From a virus (lineage: Duplodnaviria; Caudoviricetes), in IMG/VR virus record IMGVR_UViG_3300005973_000002: 64,000 nucleotides of DNA; one strand, written 5' to 3'. Both the position numbers and the translations under genes were made by a program. The notes beneath the pieces were generated by a model. It did no database searches and was not told the origin of the DNA. It saw nothing but the letters and a program-made list of their open reading frames with translations. Positions within the stretch are counted from its first letter, which is position 1. Every line of letters begins with the position of its first letter. Below, piece after piece: positions 26,731 through 34,477 of the stretch.

Positions 26731-27021
26731 TTACCAGCCTGCTGCCTTGAGTTTGGCCTGTACTGCTTGCTTGATAAGTTCTTTTTGCTGAGGATCTTTT
26801 TCACCCTTCATTGCTGCAAGAAGCTGATCAAGATTCATATTTGCATTCAACCAAGGATTTTGGCCTGCTTTTGCAGCCTGGGCACGGCCTGGAGTGCCTC
26901 CGGGCTTAAAACCACTGCGCTGCTGTCCAGCTCCTGGTAAACCAGAAATTTGTTCATCAATTTGCTCACGTACGGCCTCACGGACCATTTCTTTAAGCTG
27001 TTTAAAGGTAAGTTTTGCCAT
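26731..27021 (-). CDS. Hypothetical protein with an N-terminal L-x-E helix motif (possible virion protein)
   Basis: KQLKEMVREAVREQIDEQ. Confidence 0.6.
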   Translation of the reverse strand: MAKLTFKQLKEMVREAVREQIDEQISGLPGAGQQRSGFKPGGTPGRAQAAKAGQNPWLNANMNLDQLLAAMKGEKDPQQKELIKQAVQAKLKAAGW

Positions 27022-27100
27022 TGTGTTTACTCCGATTGCAGTAATCTGCCTGTGAGTAAATAGTTGTCTTTAGGCATTATTCTTTTCTTAGAAAAAATTT

Positions 27101-27774
27101 TGGTCGTTCCGGGAAGAATCGAACTTCCATATTCGCTTTATCAGTCAACCAATCCAAGTTGGCGTAGTTTCTTCTTTACAGCAACGTCAGACACACCGAC
27201 AATTTTGGCTATTTCTGTATAGGTCATCTTGTTTTTTACAGCTAAACTCAAATCAACCTTTTCCCATTTACCTTTGATTTTAGTTTTGCCAACACAAGCC
27301 TGCGAACAATATTTTCGCAAATCAGATTTCAATTTACCACAATGTTTACAAGGTGTTAGATTTATATGTTTTTCTTTGCGATATTTCTCAAAAGAAAAAT
27401 CAAATCTAACAATATCTTTTGGGATTGTTGTGATTTCGTCATGAACTTCACGATGACAATTTGCACAAAGTAAAACACATTTTTTTGCTTCTTTTACTAG
27501 TTTTTCCCATCGTGCTACCTTGTTCCATTTTGAAAATGTGAAATCTTTTTCATCTTTATTTAGATGATGGAATTCTAAAGCTTTTAGTGTTTTACTGTAT
27601 CCACATATTCCGCATTTACTTCCAAAAGCCTCTTTGAGACGTTTAATGGTGCGTTCACGCCATGCTTTTACATACTTGTATTCTGCCATCGTCTAACCTC
27701 AATGCATAACTATATCATAGTTGGATATAAATCTATAGAGGTTCGATGCCCTTAGGCCATTAGACGACGGAACG
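27101..27774 (-). pseudogene. tRNA-Ile(GAU) split by an HNH gene (3' half 27101-27144; 5' half about 27745-27774)
   Basis: 5' acceptor CGTTCCG pairs fully with 3' CGGAACG-A-CCA; D arm upstream and CTGATAA loop plus T arm downstream of the HNH ORF. Confidence 0.85.
27141..27689 (-). CDS. HNH homing endonuclease inside tRNA-Ile
   Basis: CGICG..ALEFHH...KCVLLCANCHREVH; C-terminal HTH-like segment. Confidence 0.9.
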   Translation of the reverse strand: MAEYKYVKAWRERTIKRLKEAFGSKCGICGYSKTLKALEFHHLNKDEKDFTFSKWNKVARWEKLVKEAKKCVLLCANCHREVHDEITTIPKDIVRFDFSFEKYRKEKHINLTPCKHCGKLKSDLRKYCSQACVGKTKIKGKWEKVDLSLAVKNKMTYTEIAKIVGVSDVAVKKKLRQLGLVD

Positions 27775-27788
27775 ATATGCCGGATCAA

Positions 27789-27864
27789 TACAACAACAGT
27801 TGGATTCGAACCAACAACCTGGACTTTCATAGAGCCCCGCTCTACCATTGCAGCTATGTGTTGT
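27789..27864 (-). tRNA. Atypical tRNA with AUG (His) anticodon and bulged acceptor
   Basis: GGGCT-CTATGAA-AGTCC; acceptor ACAACACA/TGT-T-GTTGT. Confidence 0.65.
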
Positions 27865-27875
27865 AAAGGCGACAT

Positions 27876-27950
27876 TGGTCGGTCGCCTGGGAATCGAACC
27901 CAGCTCTGATGGATTAAGAGTCCAGTGCATCGCCTTGATGCTAACGACCG
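27876..27950 (-). tRNA. tRNA-Lys(CUU)
   Basis: CTCTTAA loop, CCA. Confidence 0.9.
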
Positions 27951-28045
27951 AAACGAAAGTTCACTCATGAGAAGTCATGGAATCCTGGCAGTGAACATTT
28001 CCAAAGTAAGCACTCTAGCCATTTTGATTCATTCGAGTTACTTAG

Positions 28046-28118
28046 TGGAGAATAAGGGATTCGAACCCTTGACTCCGGTGTGCAAGACCGGTGTGTTCCC
28101 AATTAGCACCAATTCCCC
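28046..28118 (-). tRNA. tRNA-Ala(UGC)
   Basis: G3:U70. Confidence 0.92.
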
Positions 28119-28314
28119 AAAAAACTTGCAACCGTCAAGCCATGCCCCCAGGGGGACCGCCAGACTGCCTCTCTGCCAAGAGGGAACTTGATGGTGGCAG
28201 CCATCTTGTTTCGTTGCTTGAATTTGCATCGTCTCTCCGACGTGTCAAGTCTAGTGCTCGGGAGTCCTTCAAAGTTTGAAGGGTCCTTTGCTGGGACGTA
28301 CCGACTTTCGAACC

Positions 28315-28390
28315 TGGCGGGACCGACGAGATTTGAACTCGCACCCTCTCCCGTGACAGGGGAGCGCACTGCCAATTATGCTACGGCCCC
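28315..28390 (-). tRNA. tRNA-Asp(GUC)
   Basis: CTGTCAC loop, G73, CCA. Confidence 0.92.
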
Positions 28391-28393
28391 AAA

Positions 28394-28512
28394 ACATGAC
28401 CTATAACAGATGATCAGTCTGTCAGGTGGTTGCCTATGGCAACTCTTACCATTTACATGACCTATAATCAATCGATCTCATTGATCAGGTAGATGTTCTC
28501 CATCTTTTACCA
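28394..28512 (-). repeat. Two tandem 58-nt copies of a covarying two-hairpin motif
   Basis: Copies at 28394-28451 and 28455-28512 share TGGTAARA...ACCTG...TATAGGTCATGT; stems differ in sequence but keep pairing. Confidence 0.75.
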
Positions 28513-28517
28513 GTTAG

Positions 28518-28592
28518 TCAGGATGGCGGGACTCGAACCCACATGATCCCGGCTCCAAACCGGGTGACTCAAACCAATTAGCCTACATCCTG
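28518..28592 (-). tRNA. tRNA-Pro(UGG)
   Basis: TTTGGAG loop. Confidence 0.9.
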
Positions 28593-28705
28593 TTGAAATT
28601 TCCCATTCCATTACCCATTGGACTTGAAGTGTCACGACTTGGCATGAACATTAAGGACTTGTAACCAACTTGCCGCTTCTGATATTCGGGGACACCTGGG
28701 AAATT

Positions 28706-28781
28706 TGGCATCTCTGGTAGGACTCGAACCTACACCCTACCGGGTAGAAGCCGGTGGCTCTTCCAATTGAGCTTCAGAGAC
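28706..28781 (-). tRNA. tRNA-Arg(UCU)
   Basis: CTTCTAC loop, CCA. Confidence 0.92.
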
Positions 28782-28865
28782 AAAAACCTGCCCAGATTAG
28801 GACTGCACTATCCAATCCAGCTCCATAAAGGTTTTTAGCGGTTTATTGACCGACAGGTATTTTAG

Positions 28866-28939
28866 CAGGCCACCAGAGACTCGAACTCTGACCTTCCGGT
28901 TTTGGAGACCGGCGTGCTACGCAATTACACCAATGACCT
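28866..28939 (-). tRNA. tRNA-Trp(CCA)
   Basis: CTCCAAA loop. Confidence 0.9.
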
Positions 28940-28948
28940 ATTATTTAG

Positions 28949-29036
28949 TGGGCCCCTAGGGATTCGAACCCTAAATGGGGATTGGTTACCCGCCTGGTTA
29001 AGAGCCAGGTGCCTTCAACCGTTCAGCCAGAGACCC
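28949..29036 (-). tRNA. tRNA-Lys(CUU) with a 19-nt variable arm
   Basis: CCTGG-CTCTTAA-CCAGG; class II-type D arm; variable CGGGTAACCAATCCCCATT. Confidence 0.85.
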
Positions 29037-29043
29037 ATGTTAG

Positions 29044-29115
29044 CGGGGCAGGTTGGATTCGAACCAACACTTTCTAGCTTCAGCTAGACGTGCTACCAAT
29101 TAACACTACCGCCCC
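29044..29115 (-). tRNA. tRNA-Phe(GAA)-like with a 6-nt anticodon loop
   Basis: TCTAG-CTGAAG-CTAGA; one base short, possibly a sequencing indel. Confidence 0.7.
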
Positions 29116-29193
29116 AAAAGCGTATTCAGTTGTCAAAGAGAACTATACTTTTGTAGCCTCAGGAAGCGCTACAAACAAATAAAAAGATTTTAG

Positions 29194-29266
29194 TGACCCC
29201 AGGGGGACTTGAACCCGCCACCTCATGCTTGAGAGGCATGCCACCTACCATTAGTTAGATGGGGCC
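29194..29266 (-). tRNA. tRNA-Glu(CUC)
   Basis: CTCTCAA loop. Confidence 0.9.
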
Positions 29267-29317
29267 AAAAAGATTTGATTGTGTAAAATCGTTCTCTGTT
29301 TCAAGAACGTAAGATAC

Positions 29318-29346
29318 AGTGTAGTACGTTATAAATAGGATGTCAA
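29318..29346 (-). promoter_or_regulatory. Sigma70-type promoter heading the tRNA array
   Basis: TTGACA, 17-nt spacer, TACACT, about 50 nt upstream of the first tRNA. Confidence 0.7.
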
Positions 29347-29446
29347 CCGGTTTTTTCCGGCCCCTGTGATTTTTCTCTCTTCGATTTCATCGAAAATTTA
29401 TTTCTCACAGGGATTATGACAACTTAGACGCCTTATTTGTATTGAG

Positions 29447-29761
29447 TCAGGCTTCAGTTTTTGTCAATTGACGTTGAGCATGCTCTCCCGAGCCTTCAAT
29501 TGCTGTTCCAGAACCCGATTCGCTTTCAGCATCAATCCATTCAATTACAGTCTTTCCACCATGTCCATGAATGTGGATCATTTCCACTGTACTATGGTAA
29601 ATACCAATACTCCGAGTATCAGTAAGCCAACTAATGACACACTGTCCGTCGGAGAACTTGATACCTTCGGCTACATAACCAGTGCCCGAAACACCACTCT
29701 CATCTTCATTACGCTTGAGGCGAAATCGACGAAGTTCTACTTTCCTTTTAGGTTCAGCCAT
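29447..29761 (-). CDS. Phage-type hypothetical protein
   Basis: RFRLKRNEDESGVSGTGYVAEG..FSDG..HGHGGKT. Confidence 0.65.
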   Translation of the reverse strand: MAEPKRKVELRRFRLKRNEDESGVSGTGYVAEGIKFSDGQCVISWLTDTRSIGIYHSTVEMIHIHGHGGKTVIEWIDAESESGSGTAIEGSGEHAQRQLTKTEA

Positions 29762-29838
29762 TGCTAGCTCCTGTTGTTTTAAGAAGGAGATGATTGGAGA
29801 ATAACCCAGAACACCTAAGATGTGAACCAAAAAATTTC

Positions 29839-30198
29839 TTAGAGATATCCACATGTTGCAAATAACAATAAATTTGCTACAAACCACACCATTAATATAG
29901 CATACAAAACAAAAGTGAAAACAATACCAAATGTAGCCAAAGGTTGAGAACGAATTTTATAAAGAAAAGCAACTAGGATAGGTATTATTACAAGTTTAAA
30001 GCCTAGAAACCATAATACACCCTTTTCCATAAGGAAGCCCATTACGGGGTTCGCTTCGGTGGCAATTCCCTTAAAAAGGATCAAATACCAAGAAAGACCA
30101 CCATCAATGAAATTAAAAAGGATAAGCAATATTGCTATTACAAGCAGCACCCGATCGCTTGTAATCCATGATTTAAACAATTTCCAACGTTCATTCAC
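29839..30198 (-). CDS. Small membrane protein (DUF5658-like)
   Basis: NFIDG..EANPVM..FLGFKL with three TM segments. Confidence 0.6.
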   Translation of the reverse strand: MNERWKLFKSWITSDRVLLVIAILLILFNFIDGGLSWYLILFKGIATEANPVMGFLMEKGVLWFLGFKLVIIPILVAFLYKIRSQPLATFGIVFTFVLYAILMVWFVANLLLFATCGYL

Positions 30199-30235
30199 AT
30201 TAGAAGTATTGAATCATACCATAACAAAAGAATAA

Positions 30236-30763
30236 TCAAGCAGCACCAACTCCGGCGGCTCCGGCGGCTTGTTGTGCTCCAGGCATTGGAGCAGTTTGCT
30301 GTGCTGCTTCAGGTGGTGGTCCTGGGGGTGTTGGTTGTTGCTGCTGGGCCTGTCCTTGTTGTGTCTGTTGTTCAATATCATCTACACCGGTCACAAGCTT
30401 AGCAATTTGACTGAGAAGATTATCAAGATTTGATTTTTCCTCTTCTTCTAGATTTTTAAAGAACGTGACAAGCGTACCATAAACTTCGGGGTCGGTAAAC
30501 GAACGACCACCTCTGATAGTATTTAGTTCGTCTATCATATCATCAACAGTATATTGGTTGGGAACTTCAGTATCAGGCGTAGCTACCGGCGGCGGGTCCC
30601 CGACCTCAGGTTGAGGTACTTGTTGATCTGCGGGTTGTTGAGCGACTGGTTGATTTGCAGCTTGTTCCGCCAATACATTTATTACAGCTTCTTCGATCAT
30701 GTTTTTAATAAAGCGTTGGCGTCGCTCTTTGTGAATTTTGTACTCTTTTCTGAGTTCGCTCAT
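30236..30763 (-). CDS. Hypothetical Q/P-rich protein (possible virion protein)
   Basis: IKNMIEEAVINVLAEQ motif with low-complexity flanks. Confidence 0.65.
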   Translation of the reverse strand: MSELRKEYKIHKERRQRFIKNMIEEAVINVLAEQAANQPVAQQPADQQVPQPEVGDPPPVATPDTEVPNQYTVDDMIDELNTIRGGRSFTDPEVYGTLVTFFKNLEEEEKSNLDNLLSQIAKLVTGVDDIEQQTQQGQAQQQQPTPPGPPPEAAQQTAPMPGAQQAAGAAGVGAA

Positions 30764-30795
30764 TGCAAATCCTTATTTTACTTTGATAAGTATCA

Positions 30796-31359
30796 TTACC
30801 AATGGATTGATCCAAAGACGATTTCCACGTAAGCAATATCTTTATGACGTTTTGAACACATTGGAGAAATCTTAACTCGCTCTAATTTTTGCGAAGTTAT
30901 TCCCTTGCTTCCTTTAGGCGGAACATGTTCAAATTTTTCTCCATTATTCCATTCAATAATAGATTTAAGTAATAATATACGTTTTCCTTGTACCCCCGAG
31001 CGAGCTTGTGCTTTTAACATAATTTGTTGAAGTTTCATGGCCTCAGTAAATCGCATCATCAATTTGTAACAACTAGTATGCTCAATTACTTCCGAGCGGC
31101 GGTAATCTCCCTTGAAATAATAAACACGTTTAGCAAATTTGAGAACGAACGTAATAGTAGGTCTGAGTCGGGATTGTGTTTGGTCCGACTTTTTTTCATT
31201 TTTAGTTAATTGATTGCTCAGTAAATTAGCGTAGGGACTTTTGACAATCAACTCGACCTGTTGGTTTTTTTCAACCATGTTTTCAGTATCAAGTTGTTCG
31301 AAATCAACATCTTCACTTACTATGTAAGTTTCACCATCTAAATTTACTTTTTTGGGCAT
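30796..31359 (-). CDS. Hypothetical protein
   Basis: 187-aa ORF. Confidence 0.6.
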   Translation of the reverse strand: MPKKVNLDGETYIVSEDVDFEQLDTENMVEKNQQVELIVKSPYANLLSNQLTKNEKKSDQTQSRLRPTITFVLKFAKRVYYFKGDYRRSEVIEHTSCYKLMMRFTEAMKLQQIMLKAQARSGVQGKRILLLKSIIEWNNGEKFEHVPPKGSKGITSQKLERVKISPMCSKRHKDIAYVEIVFGSIHW

Positions 31360-31586
31360 GTGTATGAGTATGAATTATCAAAAAAATTCTTGATAAATTT
31401 CTTCTATTTCTATTAGAACTTCTCGTACTTTTTCTTTCATTATTGGTTCATATACGAGCATAACATCAACGATATTTTCATTATAGGATGGCGAAGCCTG
31501 CATATGAATTTCCTTGTGGGTTTTAATCTTGGTAAGCTTTACAAGGAAAGATTTTGCTTCGTATTCAACATTAAATTGAAATGCTT

Positions 31587-31622
31587 TAAAACACTAAAGG
31601 GTGGCTTGGAACTGCCACCCTT
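31587..31622 (-). terminator. Intrinsic terminator
   Basis: AAGGGTGGC-AGTTCCAA-GCCACCCTT followed by a T-rich tract, 35 nt after a stop codon. Confidence 0.7.
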
Positions 31623-31657
31623 GCTTTTTATCGAAATTCGATAAATTTTCGCTCATA

Positions 31658-32524
31658 TCAATCTTTCTTTTTCTTAGGTCTTCCACGCTTACCAGGAGGG
31701 AATACCTTTTTGGACACGAGGGACTGATAACTTTTGAAGAGGTTATCATCATCCTCGATGTCCTGCAAAAGAATGAGCATGATGTTTTCTAGTGGCTTTG
31801 ACTTCAGGATTTCCAATCCCTCAAGTTCTTCGGGTTCGATAATCTTGAGATCCGTAGGAGTAAGAACCTGGCCTTTAGCCAGGTTTCGAAGAAATTCTGC
31901 GACCGAAGACGCAGACTTTAACATTTCAGCAAATTCAGCTGCGCCTTCGGCACGAGCTGCCTTGATCTTACGAAGAAATGCTTCCAAATCTTCATCGTCT
32001 AGATCTTCAGGGTGTTTCCCACCTGTAAGCTTTGCAAACTTACCCATACCAGATGTTGCAAGCTTGTTAATCATAGTAGGTGTAACACCACCAAGCTCTT
32101 TGCCAATATCCTTGAGTGAAACATCTCCAGTTTGATACTTGGCCTTTTCATCATCTTCTTCTGATTCATCCCGAGTGTCAAGATCATCAGCAGCAGAACC
32201 AAGCTTAGCTGTAAGATCAACTTTGGCCTTCCAGAGATTAACCAAGTTCCTTGGAGAAGAAGGGAAAAGTTTACCACCTTTTGCAGAACTAATATAGTCT
32301 AAAACATTGTTCTGAGTTACAGAAGGATCATACCAAGGCTTATCTTCATGCTTGACAGGATCAAAATACTGCCTCATGATCCATGCCTTAAATTCACCCA
32401 TTTGAGATTTAGGCACCTTATTAAAGAGGGGATTGACGTCTTCTTTCAAAGCCCTCTGAACCTCTTCCTTGACAAGTTCTGCAATACGATTGCGAAGTGT
32501 TGTTACTGGAGTCTTCTTAGCCAT
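31658..32524 (-). CDS. Protein with a sigma70 region-4-like HTH
   Basis: VSLKDIGKELGGVTPTMINKL; N-terminal IAELVKEEV motif. Confidence 0.6.
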   Translation of the reverse strand: MAKKTPVTTLRNRIAELVKEEVQRALKEDVNPLFNKVPKSQMGEFKAWIMRQYFDPVKHEDKPWYDPSVTQNNVLDYISSAKGGKLFPSSPRNLVNLWKAKVDLTAKLGSAADDLDTRDESEEDDEKAKYQTGDVSLKDIGKELGGVTPTMINKLATSGMGKFAKLTGGKHPEDLDDEDLEAFLRKIKAARAEGAAEFAEMLKSASSVAEFLRNLAKGQVLTPTDLKIIEPEELEGLEILKSKPLENIMLILLQDIEDDDNLFKSYQSLVSKKVFPPGKRGRPKKKKD

Positions 32525-32613
32525 ATAACCTTTCCCCGTTTCTCAGTGAGGTACGCACTATACCTCATAAGTATCGTGGTGTGAACCCTTTTCTTAAGGG
32601 GTTATTTTTATAG

Positions 32614-32898
32614 TTATGCTACGTCGTCATCTGAGGAATTCCGACCACGCTCACGTTCACCGACACCTTCAGCTGTGACTTTGCCGTTGTTGCTGGTCCA
32701 TCGTCTACCAAAATAAAGTGCTAAAATGGGTGACAAGTAAGCCATGGCAGTTGCTGCGTCAAAAGCTGGTACTGGTACGCCAAAAGGCGATGCAATAAGC
32801 CAAGCTAATAACCAAAAAGTTACAGTAACGAAAGAAATAACCGACATTGTCAAGGAAGCACTTGGCTCACCTTCAGTATTTTTGATCCAAATTCCCAT
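32614..32898 (-). CDS. Two-TM holin-like protein
   Basis: Two TM helices and a charged tail, next to transglycosylases. Confidence 0.5.
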   Translation of the reverse strand: MGIWIKNTEGEPSASLTMSVISFVTVTFWLLAWLIASPFGVPVPAFDAATAMAYLSPILALYFGRRWTSNNGKVTAEGVGERERGRNSSDDDVA

Positions 32899-32959
32899 TT
32901 TTACCTCTTGTTGAGGTAAATATATTGTTATGAAAGTTTAGGTATAATATTTCAAATTA

Positions 32960-33664
32960 TTAAAGATCAAATTCAATTCCATATAATACATCTTCACACA
33001 TTAGCGGATGTATTTCACAGACATCAACATCTTCAATAGCTTCGGCATTTTGTTGAAGTTCCCTCATGTTTCGCAGTACGTGCCTTGCAAAACGAGGAGA
33101 GTTTCCACAACGACCACCAATATATCTTTGAAGACCTCGTCTAACATTGTTTGAACAGCGTTCAATAGAAGCTCTTAATATTGTCGCAGAATTTGCAATG
33201 ATAGACTCTTGACAAGCATCCGGTTGCTGCCGACATGTCCGTCTATAATCAATGCTAGTAAAAAATCGATCGTATCGTCGATAACTTGTATCAAAGGGAA
33301 TCCCCATAATTCCGCTTGCTAAATTTTCTTCAATATTAAATGGATTAAAATTAGAAGCTTCAATAGCTAATCCCAACAAAAGCCATGGATCTAAATCGTT
33401 TCGCCTCGCCTCTCTGAAAATCAAATTGACTAAAGCTTCAACACGACTTTCACAGCCCATTGGCGCATATTCGTCTCTGCAAAAATTCATATATTCACCA
33501 TTGGGCAACCTTAGGTGATTCAATACTACTTCTTTTGCTTTGTTTTTTTGATTATATGAATACATCGTGTCCATTGGGTCATCACCGACTTGTGCAAATG
33601 TCGTCGATGGTATTAAAAAGAACAATATCAACATAATTTTTTTCATGTAAATTCTCATATGCAT
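32960..33664 (-). CDS. Lytic transglycosylase-like protein with degenerate motifs
   Basis: LDPWLLLGLAIEASNFNPF; lacks the canonical ES and GLMQ motifs; signal peptide. Confidence 0.65.
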   Translation of the reverse strand: MHMRIYMKKIMLILFFLIPSTTFAQVGDDPMDTMYSYNQKNKAKEVVLNHLRLPNGEYMNFCRDEYAPMGCESRVEALVNLIFREARRNDLDPWLLLGLAIEASNFNPFNIEENLASGIMGIPFDTSYRRYDRFFTSIDYRRTCRQQPDACQESIIANSATILRASIERCSNNVRRGLQRYIGGRCGNSPRFARHVLRNMRELQQNAEAIEDVDVCEIHPLMCEDVLYGIEFDL

Positions 33665-33727
33665 TAATAACTGGCGACCACACTATCATGCAATGTTGAT
33701 CTTGTTGAACACCAATACTCTTCTAAA

Positions 33728-34474
33728 TCATTCCTTGACGAAAATGCGTTCATTATTCGGTTGCGTAAAAACAAAAAAATTATTTTCTACAATCGCCTTT
33801 GCTCGGTTTGTAATATCTGCCATGGCAGCAAATACGGCTCTGGGGTATCGACGAGGTCCATTGCATCTACCTGAATTGTACATTCTTAACCCATCATGAA
33901 CGGAGCCACAATGTTCGATAGAACGCTTAAGCCAATACACTGCTCGCTCTACAATCGGTCGTTGACAGGAACCAAATTCTCTACGGCATTGTTGTCTATA
34001 CCAACGTTGTCGAACGAATTGAAGCCCTTGAGACCAGCGAGACCGACGAAGTATCTGCACTAAACCCACAGCGCCTTCACTAGATTCAGCAAATGGATTG
34101 AACCGAGATTCATGCCAGGCAATGGCTGCAAGTAACCAAGGATCAAATCCTGCCTGTATTGACACATCAAAAATGTAGTCAACCAGCACAGAAATTTCTT
34201 TTTCGCAACCATAAGTTAGTTGACGACAGTGTCTAGCGTATATTTGACTATCATCTGCCGGTCTAGTCCACACTGTTAGTTTTTGCAGAACAGCATTTGT
34301 CATAAGCGTCCTATCCACAGCAAATTCAGCTTGATCTATTTCAGAAATTTCATATTCGTATGAATAGCATCCTTCGCCGCTTCTTTCATCACATTCGGTT
34401 GCCTGTGCGACTCCAATTGACGTGGTAAAAACAACTGTCAAAAAGGCAGTCATTGCCACTTGAAAAGTTTTCAT
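33728..34474 (-). CDS. Lytic transglycosylase (SLT domain)
   Basis: DPWLLAAIAWHESRFNPFAES.EGAVGLVQI; YNSG; signal peptide. Confidence 0.85.
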   Translation of the reverse strand: MKTFQVAMTAFLTVVFTTSIGVAQATECDERSGEGCYSYEYEISEIDQAEFAVDRTLMTNAVLQKLTVWTRPADDSQIYARHCRQLTYGCEKEISVLVDYIFDVSIQAGFDPWLLAAIAWHESRFNPFAESSEGAVGLVQILRRSRWSQGLQFVRQRWYRQQCRREFGSCQRPIVERAVYWLKRSIEHCGSVHDGLRMYNSGRCNGPRRYPRAVFAAMADITNRAKAIVENNFFVFTQPNNERIFVKE

Positions 34475-34477
34475 ATT

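Noticed and set aside
27145-27744. Group I intron carrying the HNH
   Set aside because: Only about 55 non-coding nt, no recognisable P7 core, and no U/omega-G junctions that give a correct anticodon stem
28190-28235. tmRNA tag-like reading (ANSSNE.. / KMAA)
   Set aside because: The two fragments are in different frames with no stop after AA, and no tRNA-like ends flank them
29070-29090. 6-nt anticodon loop as a frameshift-suppressor tRNA
   Set aside because: One C short of the CTGAAGC loop expected from the other tRNA-Phe (TTGAAGC); fits the pattern of single-base undercalls
31356-31656. ORF with an in-frame TAG suggesting amber readthrough
   Set aside because: The TAG falls in the U-tract of a clear terminator hairpin, so the upstream 20 codons are probably coincidental
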